A DNA stretch of 63,740 nt, counting the filler, from Saprolegnia diclina VS20 (taxonomy: Eukaryota), in assembly GCF_000281045.1 (NCBI RefSeq). It is 8 parts of 3 records of this genome, joined end to end, with 100 filler letters (N's around TTAATTAATTAA, not from the genome) between each part and the next. Parts side by side here need not be neighbours in the genome. Positions count along the whole stretch, not along the records: positions 23,786 to 43,806 come from NW_008246078.1; positions 43,907 to 50,392 come from NW_008246078.1; 6 more parts are not named here. One strand, given 5' to 3'. The position numbers were made by a program, and so were the translations under genes. Within the stretch, counting starts at the first letter, position 1. Each line of letters opens with the position of its first letter. Below are positions 35,505 through 45,618 of the stretch, piece after piece. The notes below the pieces were generated by a model. It searched no databases and had not been told where the DNA came from. It saw only the letters and a list, made by a program, of their open reading frames with translations.

Positions 35505-36800
35505 TCAGTGACCCGGCAGCGGGGACACGTCGAGGGACTCTTCAATGAACGGCGCGTTGTCGAACGAGTAGACTTCAATCTCGGGGGCGCGCCCCCCAGC
35601 CTCGAGAAACAGTTGTTTCGTTGCGTCCACAAACGCCGACGAACCAGCAATGTAGAGCCGTCGGGTCGAAAGGTCGGGCGCGACACTGAGCAGCGCGTCT
35701 TTCGACAGCTCTTTGGCCGTCGCAATCTTGAAGCGGTCCCAGTGGATCGTTTGAAAGGCGCTGATCGGGTTGGACGTCACGTGGAGAGCGGCAATGTCGC
35801 CGTCCCACTTGTCCTTGACGCTCTGACAGCCCTTGATCATGGCATGGAACGGCGCGGCGCCAATGCCTTGGCTCACAAAAAGCAGCTTTTTCGGAATCGC
35901 GTCGGGCGTGTCGGTTTCAAAGTGCACGCCGCCGTTGATCCAGTAGACGTTGACAACCGAGTCGACGTTAGCCTCGACGAGCCACTTGGACGACTCGGAC
36001 GTTGCTTCGACGCAAATGTCAAACGGCTTGACCTCGGGGTCGTAGACGCTCGAGATTGCGTAGCTCCGTCGGACCTCGCCCGTATGCATCGGCAGTCCAA
36101 TCAGAATCGAGTCGCCGGCGTGGTATCGGAGTGGAAAGTCCATCGTGATCGAGAGCCGCACCGTGTTGTCGCCAATGGTCTCCTTGGCGGCGATTTTACC
36201 TGGAAGGCTCGGCTTGATCGGCTTGGGCTGCTTGTCCATAATGACGGGCAGCATGAGGTAATAGAGGAAGCAGTATGCCGTCAAGTACGCCTCGTGCACC
36301 GCTTCGTTCCACTCGGGGCCCGAAATGATCGCCAATGTCTTCATGAGCACGAGACCCATGACGTTGTAGTGCTCTTTCGTCGCCCCAAACATCGTGTGGC
36401 GCGCCGCGAGGTCTTGGCACACTTGCACGACGTTCTTGGACTTGATGACGGTCGACATGGTGCCGATGATGCCCGCAAGCACCTTGCCTTGGACAGTCAT
36501 GGACGACCGAAACATGGGGCGGATCGATGGCGCCTCCTTGAACATGAGCGAGTAGAACGTCGTGTAAAAGAACTTGGTGGGCGAGAGGTGCTTGGCCGCA
36601 TCGTACGCGACCGTGCCCTTATTGACCGCGACCCAGTTGGCCTTGATGAGCGCCTCGTGCTCTTTCGTGACGATCGGACGCTTGACGTCGAGGTCCATGG
36701 CGTCCATGAGGAAGGATAGAAACGACTCCTTGATGCCGAGGTTGCCGTCTTCATCGACGTTGACCATGGACGCTTCCTCGTGCGACGCGCCACCACCCAT
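35505..36800 (-). CDS. Flavohaemoglobin-like protein (globin + FAD/NAD-binding reductase fold), N-myristoylation motif; copy 1
   Basis: MGGGAS start. Globin motifs TFYSLMF (B10), IRPMF (CD1), VQGKVL (E7), LAARH (F8). Reductase motifs RRSYAISS, FVSQGIGAAPF, LYIAGS. 431 aa, intronless. Confidence 0.85.
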   Translation of the reverse strand: MGGGASHEEASMVNVDEDGNLGIKESFLSFLMDAMDLDVKRPIVTKEHEALIKANWVAVNKGTVAYDAAKHLSPTKFFYTTFYSLMFKEAPSIRPMFRSSMTVQGKVLAGIIGTMSTVIKSKNVVQVCQDLAARHTMFGATKEHYNVMGLVLMKTLAIISGPEWNEAVHEAYLTAYCFLYYLMLPVIMDKQPKPIKPSLPGKIAAKETIGDNTVRLSITMDFPLRYHAGDSILIGLPMHTGEVRRSYAISSVYDPEVKPFDICVEATSESSKWLVEANVDSVVNVYWINGGVHFETDTPDAIPKKLLFVSQGIGAAPFHAMIKGCQSVKDKWDGDIAALHVTSNPISAFQTIHWDRFKIATAKELSKDALLSVAPDLSTRRLYIAGSSAFVDATKQLFLEAGGRAPEIEVYSFDNAPFIEESLDVSPLPGH

Positions 36801-37715
36801 GCTGCTGCTTGATTCGCTGCTCGTTGTGTGCTGCCACGAGCGCTGTTGGGAACAAACGTTCGATTTCTGAACCGGCGCGCCCTTTCGCCAAACGGCGCCA
36901 CCAACACCTATATAGTGTGCACATGGTATGCACCATGCGATGCACTCTTCTCCAACACTATTGAAGGGTTTTGAAATACATATATNNNNNNNNNNNNNNN
37001 NNNNNNNNNNNNNNNNNNNNNNNNNNNNNNNNNNNNNNNNNNNNNNNNNNNNNNNNNNNNNNNNNNNNNNNNNNNNNNNNNNNNNNNNNNNNNNNNNNNN
37101 NNNNNNNNNNNNNNNNNNNNNNNNNNNNNNNNNNNNNNNNNNNNNNNNNNNNNNNNNNNNNNNNNNNNNNNNNNNNNNNNNNNNNNNNNNNNNNNNNNNN
37201 NNNNNNNNNNNNNNNNNNNNNNNNNNNNNNNNNNNNNNNNNNNNNNNNNNNNNNNNNNNNNNNNNNNNNNNNNNNNNNNNNNNNNNNNNNNNNNNNNNNN
37301 NNNNNNNNNNNNNNNNNNNNNNNNNNNNNNNNNNNNNNNNNNNNNNNNNNNNNNNNNNNNNNNNNNNNNNNNNNNNNNNNNNNNNNNNNNNNNNNNNNNN
37401 NNNNNNNNNNNNNNNNNNNNNNNNNNNNNNNNNNNNNNNNNNNNNNNNNNNNNNNNNNNNNNNNNNNNNNNNNNNNNNNNNNNNNNNNNNNNNNNNNNNN
37501 NNNNNNNNNNNNNNNNNNNNNNNNNNNNNNNNNNNNNNNNNNNNNNNNNNNNNNNNNNNNNNNNNNNNNNNNNNNNNNNNNNNNNNNNNNNNNNNNNNNN
37601 NNNNNNNNNNNNNNGTGCACAACACAACTCGTCTTTGAGTTTAGTTCAGCCTGTAACGCATTCGTGATGCACGACACAATTCGACTTGGAGCTATGTCGT
37701 CAGTGCTTACGTAGT

Positions 37716-39014
37716 TTACACGGACGCAGCGTCGGCGAGGAACGGCGCATTGTCAAATGAATAGACGACAATATTCTGTTCGTCGCCGCCGTTCTCAATG
37801 TAGAGGCGCGAGGTGGCATCCACAAACGCTGGCGGTCCCGCCACGTACAAGTGGCGCGCGGCCACATCGGTCGCGAGCTCGAGCAAAATCTCTTTCGTCA
37901 GCGACGTCGTCGTCGCAACCTTCAAGTTGGTCCATGGGCCGTCCGCGCACACATTCTGAAAGTACGGGATTGGCGCGTCCTCAAACACTTGGAGCATGCA
38001 AATGTCCCCTTCGTACTGGCTCCGAATCGCGTACAAGCCTTTCGCCATTGCGTAGAGAGGCGCGGCGCCGAGGCCATGGCTCACAAAGAGAAGGCGGTGC
38101 GGAATGCTCGTAAACGTGTCAGTCTCGAAATGCACGCCCGTATTGATCCAATAGACGTTGAGGACCGTTTCGATTGGTGCGTCGACGAGCCACCGCGACG
38201 CGTCACCATGCGCCTCGACGCAAATGTCGATGCTGTTGGTGTGGCCCGCGTCAAACAAACTCGTGAGCACGTAGCTGCGCCGGACTTCTTCGCCGCTCGG
38301 CAATGGCAAGCCCAGAAGAATCGAGTCGCCAGCGTGGTACCGGAGAGGAAAGTCGAGGGCGATCGAGAGCTTCATGACGCCGTGCGCGAGACGCTCTTTG
38401 CGCGCAACGTGTCCCGGGAGGCTCGGCTGGAGCGGTCGCCGCGGCGTCTCGATGATCGTCGGCAGCATCAAGTAGTAGAGGAGACAGTACGACGTCAAGT
38501 ACGCGGTGCGGATCTCGGCCGACCACTCGTTGGCGCTCACTGCCTGCAGCGTCTCGAGGAGCGCAAGACCGACGCCCGTGTAGTGGGCTTTTGTCGCACC
38601 ATACCGCGCGTGCATGCGTGCAAGGCCGATGCAGACTTCGGCGACGTTGTTGGCTTTGATCACTGTCGCCAGCGTCGCGACGAGCCCCGTGAGGGCTTTG
38701 CCTTGGACCGTCATCGACGACCGAAACATCGGGCGAACCCCTGGCGCGGCCTTGAAGAGCGTGGCGTAGAAGGTCGAGGCGAAAAACTTGGTCGGTGTCA
38801 AGTGCTTTTCTTTCTGAAAGGCCGCCGTGCCGCGACAGACGACGGCCCAGTGCTTGTGGATGAGGGCTTCGTGCTCCTTTGTGACGAGCGGGCGCTTGAT
38901 TTCGAGGTCCATCGAGGCCTCGAGCGGTGCGACGTAGCTCTCTTTGAGGCCGAGCGACCCGTGCGCGTCGACGTACAGCATCGAGTTTTCCTCGACCGAG
39001 AGACCGCTGCCCAT
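37716..39014 (-). CDS. Flavohaemoglobin-like protein, N-myristoylation motif; copy 2
   Basis: MGSGLS start; TFYATLF, VRPMF, VQGKAL, LARMHARYG; RRSYVLTS, FVSHGLGAAPL, LYVAGPPAF. 432 aa, intronless. Confidence 0.85.
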   Translation of the reverse strand: MGSGLSVEENSMLYVDAHGSLGLKESYVAPLEASMDLEIKRPLVTKEHEALIHKHWAVVCRGTAAFQKEKHLTPTKFFASTFYATLFKAAPGVRPMFRSSMTVQGKALTGLVATLATVIKANNVAEVCIGLARMHARYGATKAHYTGVGLALLETLQAVSANEWSAEIRTAYLTSYCLLYYLMLPTIIETPRRPLQPSLPGHVARKERLAHGVMKLSIALDFPLRYHAGDSILLGLPLPSGEEVRRSYVLTSLFDAGHTNSIDICVEAHGDASRWLVDAPIETVLNVYWINTGVHFETDTFTSIPHRLLFVSHGLGAAPLYAMAKGLYAIRSQYEGDICMLQVFEDAPIPYFQNVCADGPWTNLKVATTTSLTKEILLELATDVAARHLYVAGPPAFVDATSRLYIENGGDEQNIVVYSFDNAPFLADAASV

Positions 39015-39306
39015 GATGTTGCGACGATGCCAAGTTGGAAATGGAATAAAAGATATTCTTCGAGCAAGGCCGTCGTCGGTTTCGCATACAACGAACAAGT
39101 GAAACCATAAGCTTCGAATTTGGCTGCCAGGCACCAGTATGCGCAACTCGGTGGCGCTGTTGCGTGAAAACGCCCTAGTATCGCTGCGGTATACTGTGTG
39201 CGTCAGTCGAGTGCACTCGTGTGTTAGTACTGTAGTCCTCGTACATGACAAAGGTGTCGTATCGGTTATCGTGGTTGATGGGGCATGAAGGGTTAAGACG
39301 GGCTAG

Positions 39307-40090
39307 TTACTCGTACAGCGTTTGATTGACGTGGCGGGCGTACGTGGCACAGTCGACAAATGCCGTCGACCGAGCGGCCTGCCACTGCGTCAAGTTGCCC
39401 ATTTGCCCGACGCGGTCGTAGTGCGCCAGGAGCGCGGGATACGCCTTGAAATCGTTGCGAAACACAGCAGTCCCAAAAATGTCTTCGTAAAAATCGAGAA
39501 CTAGACAATAGAAATCGCATGTGTTTGCTCCTCCAAGTCGAATGTAGTGAAGTAGACGGTATACCTTCCCACATAGTCACGTCAGCCATCGAGACGTTGG
39601 CGCCAAGAAGGTAGTCGCGCCCCGAAAGCAGTTCGTTCCACTTGGCCGGGTACCGAGCAAAATTGAAGTTGGCCTTGACCTCAGTGCCATCCAGGGTAAA
39701 AGGATACCGCGTGAGCGGGCGGCGTGCGTCGGCGCAGGCGGCCATTGTCGCATCACATAAATACTGCGCCTTCAAGTCGGCCGGGTACATGTTGTGCTTG
39801 TGCGCAAGGTACAGCAGCGTCGCCTGCACTTGGACAAACTTGCAATCGTCCATTTCGACCATGGGCACTTGGCCATACGTGAGCTCGTTGGCATCGCGAA
39901 GCGCCGCGAGGTCGGCCTTGGTCTCGAGAAACTGGTTGGTGAAGGGCGCGCCGACCGCCGCTAGCGCCACACGAAGCGGCTCACACATACCTACACCACC
40001 ATGGCGGATCGTACGAGATGGGTACACAAAGGAGGCAGACGTACCGCGGCCAGCCCAGTAGTGCACAGTGATGGGGTTCGATGTCGCCAT
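39307..40090 (-). CDS. Glutathione S-transferase (Tyr-type, alpha/sigma-like), two introns
   Basis: VHYWAGRG|MCEPLRVAL, LTYGQVPMVEMD, YLAHKHNMY, YLLGANVSMADV. Confidence 0.9.
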
Positions 40091-40278
40091 GGTGTCGCTG
40101 CTTGAAAAGGGCAATGTCGTTTGATGGTGTGTACGGATACGGAATGAGAATCCGGATAACGTTGTTGAAGTTGCAGTTTTGGTCCACGAGAACTGATGTT
40201 ATCAAGTTAACCCTTCCAGACCTAAAGGCACACGCAATTTGGAGCTGCGGGTGAAAAAACGATGCGGGTATCTACCTT

Positions 40279-40380
40279 TCCACGGTCTCGGCTCGGCTTC
40301 GAGCCGGCTCGAAAAGTGGAGCCGGTGCCGGAGCAAAACCGACGGAACCGTCGGCTCCGCGGCTTGAGCCGGACCGTGGA
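40279..40380. mobile_element. Small MITE-like element (about 100 bp) with imperfect TIRs and internal GAGCCG/CGGCTC repeats
   Basis: TCCACGGTCTCGGCTCGGC ... GCTTGAGCCGGACCGTGGA; internal CCGACGG-AA-CCGTCGG hairpin. No clear TSD. Confidence 0.5.
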
Positions 40381-40474
40381 CAACACAGTCACAATATTCA
40401 AAGCAACAAAACATCGATGAATTCATAGTCCGCAAGAGCAACCCTACTCTCCCATGGGTATCGATCCTTGCGGC

Positions 40475-41578
40475 TCAGCACGCGGGCTTGGCGCTTGATC
40501 TCGACTGAGTCAAACATGGTCGTCGTCTCGCCGTTGGCACGGAAGTGGATGGTCAACTTGTCATCGTCGGCAATCACACGCGCGTGGCCGTAAAGCGAGC
40601 TCGACATGGACTTGGACCACTTGGGAATCGGCTTGATTGCGCCCTGGTAGAGGCTGTGGCTACCCATGCCGACCGTAAAGTACGTCGGGGCACCTTCCGT
40701 GATCTTGTTGTTGAACACTGACATGACATCATCGACGCCGTACTGAAAGTAGAGGTCCTCAAACTTGACCTGCAGACTTCAGTGGGGCTGCTTGCGGACG
40801 TCGACGAGCTGGCCGCCATCGTTGTTTGAGTTCATATAGTAGTTGCCCTTCCAGCACTCCTCGACCCCGTATAGTCGTCGAGAAAGACAGCATGGGTACT
40901 ACCAATGTCCTTAGAGTACCACGTGCAAAGGCCCTTGGACGCGTCGAACGAGAGTGGCGTCACGATGCAGTTGCGCCGTGAACATCTCGGCGCCGCATTC
41001 AGGGTGGTCCGCTGTCCTGGATCACCTCGTGGTTGCCCGTGATACCGAGAAGCGGCACCTTGGAGAAGAGCGGCTGCGTCTCCTGGAGCCACTTGTCCCA
41101 GTCTTCGTGGCAGCCGCTGGCGTACGACCAGTCGCCAGCAAAGATGACCGTATCCGCCTTCGTGCGCTTGAGGTCGCTGGCCATGTTGGCGATGTATCAC
41201 CAACCACGTCACCGTCGACCGAGAGAAGAGTCTTCTTCGTGGCCGCCGGAATCGACTTGAAAGTACCAGTGAACCCTTCGATCGCGTACGTGTACGAGGC
41301 GCCTGGCGTCAAGTTGCAGAGCAACGCCGTGTGGAGGTTGGGCGAGTTATACTTGTACTTGCTGCCTTCGATCTTGTAGGTATGGACGGCCGACGTCGCC
41401 GACTTGCCCGTGTTGCCAACGCCGTACTTGACCGTCAACGGCGTCGACGAATCACTGCAAAGGCAACGGACACACCGTCCTTGCAGTCGACAGCCTCGGG
41501 CGAGAGACCGACGTGCACCTGCAAGACCTTGGCGGCGCCAACGAAAGCGAGGCCAGTGAGGCCAAGACGAAGCTGCAC
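40475..41578 (-). pseudogene. Decayed copy of the purple acid phosphatase at 59120-60490
   Basis: Highly similar blocks (YKIEGSKYKYNSPNLH, GDWSY, GITGNHE, YGHARVIADDDK), but ATG changed to GTG, several frameshifts, and deletions including the GHVH region. Confidence 0.9.
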
Positions 41579-42333
41579 GGTGAGCAATGTCGAGCAAGTT
41601 GAATACAGAGCATCTTCGTCGCGACGGTTTTGGCATCCGTCGTGTGGCCGGGCCCAACATGGACGACCAGTCGAGACAACGAACGAACGCAAGACTCGAC
41701 CACAGTGGTACCCCGAAATATATGACGAAATGTATGCAAAGCAGCGCGGCCAAGGTACAAGGAAAGAGCTCCGACAGAGACAAATGGTTCTTGTTTTGCC
41801 CAACGTATAGCAAGGCCCAAAGAGATGACCGCTTCGGCGTGAAGTTCTTTCAAGTCACAACGCGCCGTTTCCTGTACATTCCACACTAACGTTACCGGTA
41901 AATGAATGAGGTCAGACAAACCAAAAGGTTACCACCGTTTTCAGCGCTTTTCATTGGTCACTTCCCATTGATCAAATAAACAAGTTAATGCGCTTTGGAA
42001 CGTTGGACGCGGACAAAAGGTCACAGATTAGTCAGCTATCGACGAATATCCCTGCCGTGACGACCTTTGACACCAAATTTGCACTGGAATCAGGACGTTT
42101 CTGTCGATAAGAACTCAAGTTGTCGGACCCTTGAAAATCTGGTGTCGATGTTATAGGTACACGGTGTCGCTACAGTAGCACCGCCGAGGTAGGTACAGCA
42201 GTGTTGCGGCACGTATGGTATGCGAACTGCGTTGATATTTTGCGGTGGTTGTTCAGAATTGGGTTCTGGCTTCGCCGCAGGAAGATGGGATAAATACGCC
42301 ACAGTTTTCCATAACAAAGCACCCATTTCGAAA

Positions 42334-43806
42334 ATGACCGAGCGCTACACCACCGTCGAGACGCCAAAAGCAGGCGCTCGCAGCGCCAACCCACAAGAGA
42401 GCGCTTCGTGGACCTCGACGCTCACCATGTCGTGGATGAACGACCTCATGCAACGAGGCGCGACGACGCCACTCAACGACGACGATACGTGGCCATTGGC
42501 TGCGAAAGACTCGGCCAGCGCTCTCCACGACCGCTTTGATTTGCACTGGCGAACCGAGAAGACAATGGAACAACCTCGCTTTCAGCGCGCGCTGTTGTAT
42601 ACCTTCCGTTACCAAATCGCTTGCGACGTCGGCCTCTATTGTGTCTATGCCGGTGCGATGCTCGTCCAACCCGGCTTGATTCGCTCGATTTTGAAGGACC
42701 TCGCAACCGACGCCAACGACGATGATGGCTACGCGCTCGCAGCGCTCCTTGCGGTCGTCTCGTTCCTTGCGGTCACTGTCTTTGACTTTGCACAGTACTT
42801 GAGCACGCACACGGGCTGCAACGCCAAGTCGCTCGTCATCGACGCGGTGTTTCGCAAGACTCTCACGCTTTCCGGCTTTGCCAAGCAAGACATGTCGACC
42901 GGTGACATTGTCACGTTGGCGTCCGTCGACGCGGACCGTATCTACATGGGTTTCATCTTTGGCCATTGGATCCTCATCGCCCCGTTGATGCTCCTCGCCG
43001 TGTACGTCATGATTGGAGTCGAACTCGGAGCGCTCGTTGGTCTCGCGGGTGGGGCGACGATGCTGCTCTTCGTTGTCATCGGCACCGACTCGGGGCGCAA
43101 GGCCGGTGAGATCCATCGCAACCTCCTTAGCGTTCAAGCGCACCGCGTCAAGCTCACGAATGAAGTGCTCCAAGGCATCCGTGTCGTCAAGCTCAACGCA
43201 TGGGAAGATCACCTTGAAGTGCAGCTGGAAGCTGTCCGCGACCAAGAGCTCGTGCTTCTCAAAGCGTACCAGGTTCGCTCCACCGCCAACACGGTCGCGC
43301 TCTACATCGCGCCCGTCATTTCACTCGCGGTTTGTCTCTTCGTGTACGTTGCGGTGGGCAACGAGCTCACGGCGCCTGTCGCGTTCACCGCGCTCGCCTA
43401 CGCCAACGTGACGCGGCTCCCATGTACTGTCTTCGCGACGGCGGTCATGTTCACATCTGAAATGGTCGCGTCGTGTGAGCGCCTCGGTGCCTTCTTGACG
43501 TCCGACGAAGTCACGACAACTTGTACACAGGATTCAAGTCGGCATTTGTATCTCATCACCGTTATATGACTAGGTACGGCGACGACCCAAGGCGCATCCA
43601 GCGTGCAGTTGAGCGACGCAGCGTTCAGCTGGGCAGCGCCGGCCTCGGGCATTGACTCACCACCGCGCACGCTGCGCAATCTCTCGTTCACTTTGGCACC
43701 CGGCAGCCTCACGATCGTCGTTGGTCCCGTCGGCAGCGGCAAGTCGAGCCTCATGAGCGCGATTCTTGGCGAGATCCACCAAATGAGTGGCCAGCGCTCT
43801 GTCTGT
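42334..43806 (+). CDS. ABC transporter, ABCC/MRP family (TMD1 and start of NBD1; truncated by contig join)
   Basis: [39 protein letters not shown], Walker [10 protein letters not shown]. Confidence 0.92.
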
Positions 43807-43906
43807 NNNNNNNNNNNNNNNNNNNNNNNNNNNNNNNNNNNNNNNNNNNNTTAATTAATTAANNNNNNNNNNNNNNNNNNNNNNNNNNNNNNNNNNNNNN
43901 NNNNNN

Positions 43907-45618
43907 GCCGCGCGGCTTTCGCGCCGGGCAGTCGCTTCGTCGCGCTCCTTGGCGGCCAAGAGGCGGTTGACCGCGTTGACGTAGGCCGTCGCCGACGCAA
44001 CGAGGATGTCGCTGTTGGCGCCGTGGCCGACGTATTGGCGGCTGCGGCTCACTTCGGTCTGCGGGTTCATAAGCGCCGACTTGTTGCTCTCGTTCTCCGA
44101 GATGCGGATCGTCACGTCGCCGAGCGCCTTGATGCCGTCCGTGATGCTCTCGACGGTGTACTCGTGCAGCGAGAGGTTCTCGCAGCCGGTCGCGCGCGAA
44201 ATCGCAGAGTAAATCGCGTCGATCGGGCCGGACCCCATCGCCGCCTCGCTCACCTCGGTGCCGTCCTTGTAGTTGAGCGTGATGGTCGCCGTCGGCTTGA
44301 CACGGTTGCCGGCCGTCACGTGGACTGCCTGGAGCGTCCAGAACGTCTCGGGCTTGAAGAGGTCGTCCGAGACGATGGCTTCCATGTCGGCGTCGGTCAC
44401 GGTCTTCTTGTCGTCGGCGAGGACCTTGAACTTTTCGACAAACATATCGAGTTGCGCTTGGGTCAAGTCGGTGTAGCCGAGTTCCTCGAGGCGCTTGCTG
44501 TAAGCGTGGCGACCGCTGTGCTTGCCGAGGACCATGCGGTTCTCGGTCAAGCCCACCGACTCGGGCAGCATGATCTCGTACGTCGCTTGGTGCTTGAGCA
44601 CACCGTCTTGGTGGATGCCCGACTCGTGCGCAAACGCGTTGGCACCGACGATCGCCTTGTTGGGCTGGATCGCGATACCCGTGTAGTGGCTCACCATGCG
44701 GCTGCAGCGCATGATATGCGTCGAGTCGATGCGCGTGTGGACCGGAAAGAGGTGCGGGCGCGTCTTGAGCGTCATCACGAGTTCCTCAAGCGACGTGTTG
44801 CCGGCGCGCTCGCCAATGCCGTTCATGGTCACCTCGGCCTGGCGCGCGCCGCCGACGACACCGGCAAGCGCATTGGCCGTTGCGAGACCGAGATCGTTGT
44901 GGCAGTGCGTCGAGAAGATGGCCTTTTCACTGCCGCGCGTGTTCTTGATCAAGTACGAAAAGAGGTTGCCGTACTCTTCCGGGATCGTATACCCGACCGT
45001 GTCTGGAATGTTGAGCGTCGTCGCGCCGGCCGCAATGACCTCGGCGAGCACGTCGCAGAGAAAGTCTGGGTCCGACCGGCCGGCGTCTTCGGGCGAAAAC
45101 TCGACGTCCGACGTCAACGACGCCGCAAACGAGACGGCCTCGACCGCACGCCGAATGCACTCGTCGCGGGAGATCTTGAGCTTGTACTTGAGGTGGATGT
45201 CGGACGTCGCAAGGAAGAGATGGATGCGGTGCTTGGGCGCATGGCGCACGGCGTCGTAGCAGCGCTGAATGTCCTTCTCGGTCGAGCGCGCGAGGCCACA
45301 GATGGTCATGAGGTCGCCGTTGGCCGCGCGCGTGAGCGGGCCAATTTCTTGGGCGATCGCCGAGACCGCGTCAAAGTCGCCGGGCGACGCAATCGGGAAG
45401 CCGGCCTCGCAGACGTCGACGCCCATGGCGTGGAGGCCCTTGGCGATGTGCATCTTTTCTTGGAAGTTGAGCGTCGCGCCGGGCGACTGCTCGCCGTCGC
45501 GGAGCGTCGTGTCAAAGATGATGAGGCGCTCCGAGGCGGCGGTCTCCGTGGACGAGAAGGTGCGCGACGCGTGGCGCGCCATGGTGCGGCGGACAGCTTG
45601 AGATCGAGATGCAAACAT
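43907..45618 (-). CDS. leuA: 2-isopropylmalate synthase with mitochondrial-type transit peptide (last codons in gap)
   Basis: IFDTTLRDGEQSPG, EAGFP, EFSPEDAGR, LNIPDTVG, HCHNDLG, GIGERAGN, HESGIHQDG, LGKHSGRH and the LeuA regulatory domain; intronless. Confidence 0.96.

Noticed and set aside
39288..40228. piggyBac-like TTAACCCTT ends flanking the GST
   Set aside because: The two 9-10-bp matches face outward rather than enclosing the gene and have no partners. A related CCAGACCTAAAGGC at about 52467 suggests only a decayed repeat.
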